From contig CAZOFO010000018.1 of NCBI GenBank assembly GCA_964579265.1, positions 1-10,167 on the forward strand: DNA of 10,167 nucleotides, written 5' to 3'. The position numbers and the translations under genes are program-made. The notes beneath the pieces were generated by a model that had not been told where the DNA came from, made no database searches, and saw nothing but the letters and a program-made list of their open reading frames with translations. This stretch comes from Candidatus Micrarchaeota archaeon. GTDB lineage: Archaea; B1Sed10-29. Positions 1-7,672 of this stretch are shown in pieces (positions within the stretch are counted from its first letter, which is position 1; every line of letters begins with the position of its first letter).

Positions 1-686
1 AACAATTTACAGGAGAAGATAAGTACAGACTAAGCCCACACTTCGCATGCGGAGCAGCAACCTACGTATACGTTGACCAGGAAAATAACGAACTAGTCCC
101 AATAACCAGGTTCGTGGACGTAGAAGGACTACTAAACTACCTAGAAAAAATATCAAAAGAAATGGAAGGCGCAAGATTCAAGAAACTAGCAAAAACAAAA
201 GCAGGAGCAAAATTACTTCTGAAAATAAGAAAATTCATAGACGAAGAAAAAGAACCAGAAGGACTAAACCTCAAAAAATATCTTAGAAAAGCAATAACAG
301 CACAAGACTACAAAGAACTAGGAAAATTCCACTACCGATCCCTATTCATAGGATTCATGCACTTCCAAGACCCATACAACTACGACGTTGACAGAGTGGA
401 AAGATGTGTAATACACTACGGAATGCCAGACGGAAGAGTAATACCATTCTGCTCCTTCAACGTACTTCCAGAATTATACAGAGATAAGGTCCAAAGAGAA
501 TACAGCATACCTCCAGAAGAATGGGAAGAAAGAACAGGTAAAAAACTGAAAAACGATAACTACATAAGAGACATATCCGAAGAAGAAAAAGAAAGAATTA
601 ACAAATACTACGAAGAACACCTGGAAAACCCCTTTGAAAAATACGAAGAAAGGAGAAAGGAACTGAAAAGAAAAGGGAGGATATAA
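1..686 (+). CDS. tes: Tetraether lipid synthase Tes / GDGT-MAS (MJ0619-family radical SAM protein), C-terminal part; 5'-truncated by the window edge
   Basis: The frame of ORF 114..686 is open back to nt 3 (QFTGEDKYRLSPHFACGAATYVYVDQENNELVPITRFVDVEG...), so GTG at 114 is internal. Contains the family's C-terminal motifs HFACGAATY, PITRFVDVEG, MHFQDPYNYDVDRVERCVIHY and DGRVIPFCSFN, with three Cys (nt 48, 405, 450). Met (nt 357) and Tyr (nt 417) are 20 residues apart, as recalled for M439/Y459 of MJ0619. The radical SAM CxxxCxxC motif is not visible and would lie upstream of the window. Confidence 0.85.
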   Translation, partial: QFTGEDKYRLSPHFACGAATYVYVDQENNELVPITRFVDVEGLLNYLEKISKEMEGARFKKLAKTKAGAKLLLKIRKFIDEEKEPEGLNLKKYLRKAITAQDYKELGKFHYRSLFIGFMHFQDPYNYDVDRVERCVIHYGMPDGRVIPFCSFNVLPELYRDKVQREYSIPPEEWEERTGKKLKNDNYIRDISEEEKERINKYYEEHLENPFEKYEERRKELKRKGRI

Positions 687-687
687 A

Positions 688-933
688 ATGGCTGAAAAAG
701 TTAAAAAATACTGGAGAGTACAGGGAAAAAAGAACGGAAAATGGAAAAACATAAGCGCAGAATGGAGAGACAGAATACCAAATAAAAAAGAAGCAAGAGA
801 TTTATTCAAAGGAGTTAAAGACAAATACGATTCTGTAAGAGTTATAAAAGTCCATGGAGATAAAAAAGAAGTTAGATGGAAAGATAAAGAACTTCTGAAT
901 CAAGAGATCCCAATAGAAACAGTTCGACAGTGA
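688..933 (+). CDS. Small basic hypothetical protein (81 aa, 4 Trp)
   Basis: ATG 1 nt after the tes stop; GGGAGG Shine-Dalgarno at 675-680 inside tes; A-rich codon style like its neighbours. No recognised domain. Confidence 0.75.
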   Translation: MAEKVKKYWRVQGKKNGKWKNISAEWRDRIPNKKEARDLFKGVKDKYDSVRVIKVHGDKKEVRWKDKELLNQEIPIETVRQ

Positions 934-953
934 TTCAAAGAAAGTGATAAAGA

Positions 954-1232
954 ATGGCTAGAGAAAAAATAGGCACAGTAAAGGATTACAATGAAGAATC
1001 CTCTGGAGAAGAAGTCATTGGAGAAGTAACTTTAGAATTAACAGGGAAACTAGAAAAAAAAGATAAAATAGCTTTATTAGGACCAGTAGCGTACAAACCA
1101 GTTGAAATAAAAAGTATTGAAAAAGAAGGAGAAAAAATAAACGAAGCAGAAGAAGGAGAAATAAAAATCATAGTAAAATCTGAAGAAGAAATAAATGCTA
1201 GAGAAAACACCACGGTATACAAAATAAATTGA
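954..1232 (+). CDS. Small beta-barrel protein, 'translation elongation factor-like' / peptidase U32 C-terminal domain-like
   Basis: The pattern KIGTVKDY...VTLELTGKLEKKDKIALLG...VEIKSIE.EGEKINEAEEGE...ARENTTVYK resembles standalone EF-Tu domain II-like / U32_C proteins (recalled consensus IGxVxHYF...LxxGDxI...VxSME...VREGxxVYK). GTGA SD-like element at 945-948. Confidence 0.6.
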   Translation: MAREKIGTVKDYNEESSGEEVIGEVTLELTGKLEKKDKIALLGPVAYKPVEIKSIEKEGEKINEAEEGEIKIIVKSEEEINARENTTVYKIN

Positions 1233-1234
1233 AA

Positions 1235-1588
1235 TTAACTCTTCTTAGCTTTTTCACTAAGCTCTTTCCTTACTTTCTCTAATCCTTCTATCTGTTTTTC
1301 AAATTTTTCTGCTTTTTCTTGTCTACCTTTCCTCTCAGCTATCTCCTTTAATCTCTTTTTTTGACTCATCGATTTCCTCAAAGATTTACTGCCTATCTCC
1401 TTTGGCATTTTATCTATCTTATTTTTTATTTTTTCCCTACCTTCCTTTCTACTCGGATCTCCAAAGCTATCTACAGAAGGAGTTTTTTTAGTTCTCTTAC
1501 CTTTCCCAATCTCTTTAACAGGAGATCTTAGTCCTTTCTTCTTTTTCTCCTCTTTTCTTTTGAAAATCTCTTTCAAACTTGGAACCAT
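1235..1588 (-). CDS. Lys/Arg/Glu-rich hypothetical protein (117 aa), probable C-terminal coiled coil
   Basis: Base bias flips here (T/C-rich on +, A-rich on -), as expected for a real minus-strand gene. GGAGG SD on the minus strand at 1596-1600 and a TATA box further upstream. Confidence 0.75.
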   Translation of the reverse strand: MVPSLKEIFKRKEEKKKKGLRSPVKEIGKGKRTKKTPSVDSFGDPSRKEGREKIKNKIDKMPKEIGSKSLRKSMSQKKRLKEIAERKGRQEKAEKFEKQIEGLEKVRKELSEKAKKS

Positions 1589-1643
1589 TCCTCTTCCTCC
1601 TGAATTATTTTTTCTACAACAACATTAAAATTAAAATTCGCAA

Positions 1644-1652
1644 TATATTTAA
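1644..1652 (-). promoter_or_regulatory. Putative TATA box (TTAAATATA) for the minus-strand ORF 1588..1235
   Basis: tatatttaa at 1644-1652 reads TTAAATATA on the minus strand, about 55 nt upstream of the ATG, leaving room for a short leader carrying the GGAGG SD. Confidence 0.5.
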
Positions 1653-1676
1653 GCTTACTGACTCCGACCCCTATGA

Positions 1677-1684
1677 TTATATAA
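1677..1684 (+). promoter_or_regulatory. Possible TATA box (TTATATAA) for thrS
   Basis: Best TATA-like word in the divergent intergenic region on the + strand; GGAG SD at 1758-1761 before ATG 1770. No clear BRE. Confidence 0.3.
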
Positions 1685-1769
1685 CAAAACCACAAATAAC
1701 TAAAAGAAAGCATTCTAGAATATCTTTAATTCACAGAACATAGACTAAACTAAAACAGGAGAAGTTAAA

Positions 1770-3641
1770 ATGAAGATACTCGCAATACACTCTGATTACC
1801 TTGAATACGAGGCAAAGAAAAAAGCCATAGACAGTGCACCGGAACCTGAAAAGAAAAAAGAAAGAATAGAAGAATGTCTCACTGTATTCCAAGGATCAGA
1901 AGAATTAGACGAGGAAAACCCGGAGGAAGTAGCTGAGAAAACCGTGGATGAAATAAAAGACATCCTAGAAAAAGTTGATACAGATAAGATAGTTCTCTAC
2001 CCCTTCGTACACCTAACTGAAAATCCTTCTTCACCAAACACAGCTCAAAAAATACTGGATAAAGAAGAAGAAATACTAAAAAACACAGATCTAGAAGTAC
2101 ATAGATCTCCTTTCGGTTGGTACAAGGCATTCAACGTCAAATGTAAAGGACATCCTTTGGCTGAGCTCTCCAGAAAGATAGTTCCGGGAAAAGAAGACAA
2201 ACCAGCTAAAGAGAGAGAAGAGGAGGAAGAATTCCATAAATTTATTGTGATAGATAGGGATTTAGAAGAACATGAAATTACTCTGAAAAAACCAGAGGAA
2301 ATAGAATTCCTTAATGATGATTCAAGAGAACATGATAACTTAAAAAAATACATAAATTACGAGGAACTAGGTCAACAGGTAGAAGATGAACCCCCACACA
2401 TTAAACTGATGAAAAAACACGAATTAGCAGACTACTGTGAAGTAAGTGACCCAGGACATCTTAAACTACATCCAAAAGGACTGATGATAAAAGAACTTAT
2501 TTTAGATTATCAGGATGACCTGGCAAGAGATTACGGTGCTTTCAAAATACAGAATCCTCTTATATACCGCCTTAACGATGAAAAAATAAATAAATTAATA
2601 GGTGATTTCAATGAAAAGATCTATTCTTGGGGTAAAGAAGACAACAAACTAGCTTTAAGACCAGCTTCTGATCCTGGTCAATTCCCATATGCTCAAAACT
2701 TAGGTATAAGTTACAAGCAACTTCCTCTAAAACAATATGAGGCTTCTCCTTGCTTTAGGAGAGAACAAAAAGGTGAATTAACCGGTTTAAGAAGAGTAAG
2801 AAATTTCTTCATGACTGATATGCATACATTTACCGCAAACGAGGAAAGAGCACAAGAAGAATTTGAAGAATTATCTCTAATATGCAAAGATATAATGAAT
2901 TCAATTATAAGCAAAGGAGACTGGATAGTGACCTGGTCAGGAACTGAAGAATACTGGAAAGAAAATAAAGAATGGATAAAAAGAATAACAAAAAAAATGG
3001 ATGTTCCTGCATTAGTTAGATTGTCAAGAAAAAGAACTCATTACTACGATATGAAGATTGACTATCAAGCTATCCATCCCCAAGGAACTGTTTCCGAACT
3101 ATCTACAGTCCAAATGGACAGAATAAATGGGGAAAGATTCGATATAACTTATACAGGTAAAGATAACAAAAAACACCCTTGCACTATACTTCATTGCTCT
3201 ACCTTCGGATCAATAGAAAGAGCATTATCCTTTATGTTGGAAGACTCGTTAAGAGAAAAACAGAATCCAATGCTACCAATATGGTTATCACCAACCCAAG
3301 TAAGATTAATACCTGTTAGTAAAGATTCTCTAGAATACGCTGGAGAAGTAGCTGAAGAACTAGAGAAGTCGAATATAAGAGTAGATATAGATGAAAGAGA
3401 AGAATCAGTAGGAAAAAGAATAAGAAAAGCAGAACAGGAATGGATACCATTAACAATAGTCATAGGCTCTGATGAAGAAGAAACAGGAAAGTTCAAACCA
3501 AGAGTAAGAAAAGAAGATGAAGAAAAAGAGATGAACCTGGAACAGATAAAAAAATACATAGAAAAACACACTGAGGAATACCCGTACCGACCTCTGCCCC
3601 TACCCAGGAAACTCAGCGAAAGACCAAAATTCAGAGGATAA
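1770..3641 (+). CDS. thrS: Threonine--tRNA ligase, archaeal type with N-terminal DTD-like editing domain
   Basis: N-terminal editing domain MKILAIHSDYLEY...YPFVHL...PFGWYKAF...CKGHPLAELSR; class II motif 2 FRREQKGELTGLRRVRNFFMTDMH; motif 3 ILHCSTFGSIERAL; anticodon-binding domain LPIWLSPTQVRLIPV...IRVDIDER...KRIRKAE; C-terminal PYRPLPLP..LS.RPKF. Confidence 0.97.
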   Translation: MKILAIHSDYLEYEAKKKAIDSAPEPEKKKERIEECLTVFQGSEELDEENPEEVAEKTVDEIKDILEKVDTDKIVLYPFVHLTENPSSPNTAQKILDKEEEILKNTDLEVHRSPFGWYKAFNVKCKGHPLAELSRKIVPGKEDKPAKEREEEEEFHKFIVIDRDLEEHEITLKKPEEIEFLNDDSREHDNLKKYINYEELGQQVEDEPPHIKLMKKHELADYCEVSDPGHLKLHPKGLMIKELILDYQDDLARDYGAFKIQNPLIYRLNDEKINKLIGDFNEKIYSWGKEDNKLALRPASDPGQFPYAQNLGISYKQLPLKQYEASPCFRREQKGELTGLRRVRNFFMTDMHTFTANEERAQEEFEELSLICKDIMNSIISKGDWIVTWSGTEEYWKENKEWIKRITKKMDVPALVRLSRKRTHYYDMKIDYQAIHPQGTVSELSTVQMDRINGERFDITYTGKDNKKHPCTILHCSTFGSIERALSFMLEDSLREKQNPMLPIWLSPTQVRLIPVSKDSLEYAGEVAEELEKSNIRVDIDEREESVGKRIRKAEQEWIPLTIVIGSDEEETGKFKPRVRKEDEEKEMNLEQIKKYIEKHTEEYPYRPLPLPRKLSERPKFRG

Positions 3642-3676
3642 CTACTTCTCTCAAGATATAAGAAGTAAACCTTACC

Positions 3677-3746
3677 TTTAAATATACAAGCCTTCTTATC
3701 AAACAACAATAAATTTAAAAGATAACTACCTTCCACTAAATGGTGA
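3677..3746 (+). promoter_or_regulatory. Putative promoter and RBS of the pilus operon
   Basis: TTTAAATATA at 3677-3686, a second TTTAAAA at 3714-3720 preceded by an A-rich BRE-like stretch, and GGTGA SD at 3742-3746 before ATG 3751. Confidence 0.5.
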
Positions 3747-3750
3747 ATCT

Positions 3751-5466
3751 ATGGGCTACCTCGATGATGTAATAGAAGAATCAAAAGAGAGAAAAGAACG
3801 AGAAAAAGAATCAAAAGAAGAAGAAAAAGACACAGAAGAGAGAACAGAACAAACAAGAAAAATTGAAGAAGAAAAACAAATAAAGGAACCAGAAGAAATA
3901 AAAGAAATAACTAAGGATGAAAAAGAAGCGAAAATAGATAAAGAAAAAATAAAAGAAATAGAAGAAGAGAAAGATGAACCTGAAGAAGAAACAGAGACAG
4001 GAGAGGTAGAAATAGAAGGAGAAAAAGAATTAATATCCTCTTATGGTGACGTAGAAATATACAGAGTAGAGGATGAACAATTACCAGTTTATAAAATACC
4101 AGTAGTTAAACCCAGAGGACCTGAAAAAAAGATAATAAACACATTAAAAGAAGCAGCAACTCGTCTAATAACTGTCTCACCTCAACAATTCCGTTCAGAA
4201 GAAAAAAGAAGACAATTCTATCTTAAGAGAATAAAAGAAATAATAGAATCAAATCCAGAACTAGGGATACCTGAAACAAAAAAAGATTTCTACTCCGAAA
4301 TGGTAGTAAGAGAAATGATAGGTTACGGGGTCATAGATCCCCTTGTAAAAGATAAGAAATTGGAAGAAGTTATGGTCATCGGCCCAAATATACCTGTATA
4401 CGTCCATCATAGGGACTACGACACTATGAAAACCAATGTAAAATTCGGAAGAGACCAAGGAATAAGAGAAGTAATAGATAGAATAGGTAGACAAATCGGA
4501 AGAAGAATAGATAGAAACAACCCTCTATTAGACGCTAGACTCCCGGACGGATCAAGAGTAAACGCCACAATAGAACCAATATCCCTCGAAGGATCAACCC
4601 TGACAATCAGATCATTCAGAGAAGACCCAATAAGCTTAATAGATTTAATAAAATGGAACACACTCACCCCTGAAGCAGCCGCTTACCTATGGCTAATGTC
4701 CGAAGGACTAGAAGTAAGACCTGCAAATGTACTGGTCTCCGGAGGAACTGCATCAGGAAAAACCACTACTCTAAACGTGTTATCAAGCCTCATACCTCCA
4801 AGAGAAAGAGTAATATCAATAGAACAAACAGCAGAACTTAATCTGCCTGTCGATCACTGGGTAAGATTAGAAACAAGACCACCAGGACTAGAAGGAAAAG
4901 GAGAAATATCAATGGATGCATTAGTAAAAAATTCACTAAGAATGAGACCAGACAGAGTAATAGTAGGTGAAATAAGAGGAGAAGAAGCATTCAGCCTATT
5001 CACTGCAATGAACACCGGTCACGATGGAAGCATGGGAACAGTACACGCAAATTCAGCAAAAGAAACAATAACAAGGATAACGAGCCCACCAATGGACGTT
5101 CCAATAGTAATGGCAAACGCCTTAGACTTCATAATAATACAGAAAAGACTACAACATCCGAAGAAAGGACTGATAAGAAGAATAACAAGCATATCAGAAG
5201 TACAAAAAGTCAAAGAAGATGGTTCTCCCGAAATAAACACATTATTCAAATATGACCCAACCACAGATAGACTAAAAAGAAAAAGAAAAAACTCACTATA
5301 CGAAAAAGAAATAACACAGTATCTAAATATATCCGAAAAAGAACTTACTGAAGAAATAGAAAACAGAAAAGAATACTTAGAAAGACTCACAAAAGAAGAT
5401 ATATCTGACCAATCTAAACTAAAAGACAAGATACAAAAATACCAACCAGAATACAAAGCAGAATAG
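3751..5466 (+). CDS. Type IV pilus assembly ATPase (TadA/CpaF/VirB11 family)
   Basis: LEEVMVIG, DARLPDGSRVNAT, LTIRSF, Walker A GGTASGKTT, Asp box ISIEQTAEL, Walker B LRMRPDRVIVGEIRG, His box MNTGHDGSMGTVHA; about 90 aa Glu/Lys low-complexity N-terminus. Confidence 0.95.
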   Translation: MGYLDDVIEESKERKEREKESKEEEKDTEERTEQTRKIEEEKQIKEPEEIKEITKDEKEAKIDKEKIKEIEEEKDEPEEETETGEVEIEGEKELISSYGDVEIYRVEDEQLPVYKIPVVKPRGPEKKIINTLKEAATRLITVSPQQFRSEEKRRQFYLKRIKEIIESNPELGIPETKKDFYSEMVVREMIGYGVIDPLVKDKKLEEVMVIGPNIPVYVHHRDYDTMKTNVKFGRDQGIREVIDRIGRQIGRRIDRNNPLLDARLPDGSRVNATIEPISLEGSTLTIRSFREDPISLIDLIKWNTLTPEAAAYLWLMSEGLEVRPANVLVSGGTASGKTTTLNVLSSLIPPRERVISIEQTAELNLPVDHWVRLETRPPGLEGKGEISMDALVKNSLRMRPDRVIVGEIRGEEAFSLFTAMNTGHDGSMGTVHANSAKETITRITSPPMDVPIVMANALDFIIIQKRLQHPKKGLIRRITSISEVQKVKEDGSPEINTLFKYDPTTDRLKRKRKNSLYEKEITQYLNISEKELTEEIENRKEYLERLTKEDISDQSKLKDKIQKYQPEYKAE

Positions 5467-5500
5467 ATAAAAAATATAACCAGATTAAAGTGGAGAAAAA

Positions 5501-6637
5501 ATGGCGGACGAAATAGAAGACTTACTAGATGAAGAAGAAGAGAAAAAAGAAAGTAAAGGATCTGAAAGAGTTGACAGAGAAGCCTTGGACACTATAGTAG
5601 ACCGAATGGCGGATAAATACAAAGAAGAAGGAATACTAAAAGAAGAAGAGATACCTGAAAAAACACAAGAACTAAGAAAAGTGATGAGAGGAGAAAGACA
5701 ATACGGGGTTGGAGAAAAATCCGCAAGCGAACTAGAAAAGTTTGAAAATCCCTTAATAAAATTCTTCGGTAAAATATACACAGCTTTCGAAGAACCCGTG
5801 GAGAAAGTAACTGATTTCCTACAAAAATACATAGGAAGAGGACTTGAAAAGAACCTGGTATCGGCAAGAATGGACTACTCCTCAGAACAATACCTCACCT
5901 TAACCTTCCTAGCAACAATCATCGCTTCCCTAGTAGTATTCGGAGCAGGCCTAGGATTAGCAATAGTAGGGATTGGATCCGTAGTAATCTCAATATTACT
6001 CGCAGTAGTCACAGCTCCTCTAGTACTAGGTGTAATGTTACTAATACCTAGAAGCAAAGCTAAGAAAGTAGGTGAAGAAGTAGAAAAACAATTACCATTC
6101 GCACTAAGACACATGTCTATAGAAATAAGGGCAGGAGTAGGAATATATGAATCAATGAACTCAATAGCTAAAGCAAACTACGGAAGATTATCAGAAGGAT
6201 TCGAATGGATATTAAGCCAAATAGAAAAAGGAGTAGCCACGGAAGACGCCTTACAAGCATGGGGAGAAAGAACAGATAGCCAGGATGTAAGAAGGGTAGT
6301 AGGTCACTTGACAAGAGCCCTAAGAACAGGAGGAAACCTTTCAGACATAATGTCAGAAATAGCAGAAGACGTATCCTTCCAAAGAAGACAGAAAATAAAA
6401 GAATTCGCAGAACAATTAAACTTAGTTGGACTATTCCTAATGATGACTACAATAGTATTCCCAGTAATGATAGCAATACTCACCACAATAGGAAGCGTAC
6501 CAACGCTTCAAGAATACCTAGGATTCTTCGCAATATTCTCACCAATATTCCTAATGATAGTATTCTTCCTACTAGTCCCGCTTGGACTATTCGTATTCCT
6601 CTTCTACATAAGATCAAGCGACCCGGGGGCATTCTAA
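5501..6637 (+). CDS. Type II secretion system F-domain membrane platform protein (TadB/TadC-like)
   Basis: Two N-terminal TM helices, then VEKQLPFALRHMSIEIRAG, YGRLSEGF, RALRTGGNLSDIM, and two C-terminal TM helices. Directly follows the ATPase; GGAG SD upstream. Confidence 0.92.
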   Translation: MADEIEDLLDEEEEKKESKGSERVDREALDTIVDRMADKYKEEGILKEEEIPEKTQELRKVMRGERQYGVGEKSASELEKFENPLIKFFGKIYTAFEEPVEKVTDFLQKYIGRGLEKNLVSARMDYSSEQYLTLTFLATIIASLVVFGAGLGLAIVGIGSVVISILLAVVTAPLVLGVMLLIPRSKAKKVGEEVEKQLPFALRHMSIEIRAGVGIYESMNSIAKANYGRLSEGFEWILSQIEKGVATEDALQAWGERTDSQDVRRVVGHLTRALRTGGNLSDIMSEIAEDVSFQRRQKIKEFAEQLNLVGLFLMMTTIVFPVMIAILTTIGSVPTLQEYLGFFAIFSPIFLMIVFFLLVPLGLFVFLFYIRSSDPGAF

Positions 6638-6638
6638 C

Positions 6639-7556
6639 ATGGATCTCACAGAAAGATGGGAAAAATATGAAAAAACAGTTGAATTCTCGGAGATAGGCAT
6701 AGATGCCACCATGCTAGTTATAATAACTCTTATAGTAGCAGTAATAGCAGCTATAATAGCTTCACTATTCGACTTCGTACTCTCAATACTACTATTCTTA
6801 GTGATAACAGATATAGGGCTAGGACTACCTCTCTTCCTATCATATAGAAAAATAAAAAAGATAGAGAACGCGCTTCCAGACGTACTCCACCACATGTCAA
6901 CAACCCTAAAAACAGGAGGAACAGTGGAAACAGCACTAAGAGAAGCATCCAGAGTAGACTACGGCCCAATAACCAAAGGACTAAGACAAATGCTCAGAGA
7001 AATGCAAGAAGGGTCGACATTCGAAAAATCATTCAAATCTTTTGCTAAAAGATCCAGAAGTGAACTCCTGGAAAAATCATCCACAATAATAATAGCAGCA
7101 AGAAGAAGCGGAGGAAGTTTAGTGGATACTCTATCCGCTATGAGTGAAGATATAAGATCAGTAAAAAGACTGAGATCAGAAAGAAGAACTAAAACAATGC
7201 TACAATTCATGTTCATAATAGTAGCAGGAAGCTTCATAGCCCCAGTAGTATTCGGAATAGTCAGATCAGTACTTGCAATACTAGTAGGTATTGGAGGAGA
7301 AGCAGCAGTAGAGGGAGGAGGAATAGTAGCCCAATACGGAACAATATTCAGAGTCTACCTAGTAATGCAATCAGCACTTGGAACAATAGCTGCAGTGCAA
7401 GTAAGGGAAGGAAAACTATTCAAATCAGTTATATACATCCCTATATTCGCACTAATCACCTACGTAATATACATGGTGGTATCCACCCAGTTCCTAGAAA
7501 TGGTAGGAGTAGAAGGACCACAAGTCGCAGCAACACTACTACCAGCACTAATATAA
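6639..7556 (+). CDS. Second type II secretion system F-domain membrane platform protein (TadB/TadC-like)
   Basis: IENALPDVLHHMSTTLKTG, YGPITKGL, AARRSGGSLVDTL; paralogous to the upstream gene; starts 1 nt after its stop; multiple TM helices. Confidence 0.92.
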   Translation: MDLTERWEKYEKTVEFSEIGIDATMLVIITLIVAVIAAIIASLFDFVLSILLFLVITDIGLGLPLFLSYRKIKKIENALPDVLHHMSTTLKTGGTVETALREASRVDYGPITKGLRQMLREMQEGSTFEKSFKSFAKRSRSELLEKSSTIIIAARRSGGSLVDTLSAMSEDIRSVKRLRSERRTKTMLQFMFIIVAGSFIAPVVFGIVRSVLAILVGIGGEAAVEGGGIVAQYGTIFRVYLVMQSALGTIAAVQVREGKLFKSVIYIPIFALITYVIYMVVSTQFLEMVGVEGPQVAATLLPALI

Positions 7557-7593
7557 CTCTAAAAAATGACTTAATGTAATAAAACAGAAGACT

Positions 7594-7665
7594 CAACACA
7601 AGATTTAAATATATTAAACCACTTACTTGAACACACGAAATAAAACTCAAAAGATAATAAGGAGG
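7594..7665 (+). promoter_or_regulatory. Internal promoter and strong RBS of the putative major pilin
   Basis: 116-nt intergenic gap containing caacacaaga followed by TTTAAATATA (7604-7613), and AAGGAGG at 7659-7665, 7 nt before ATG 7673. Confidence 0.65.
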
Positions 7666-7672
7666 AAATAAA

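Noticed and set aside
114..116. GTG start given by the ORF track for the 190-aa ORF
   Set aside because: The frame is open to the window start and conserved Tes motifs lie upstream, so this is an internal Val.
1589..1769. tRNA, T-box or other structured RNA upstream of thrS
   Set aside because: AT-rich with no visible stable stems, cloverleaf or T-box consensus; explained as a divergent promoter region.
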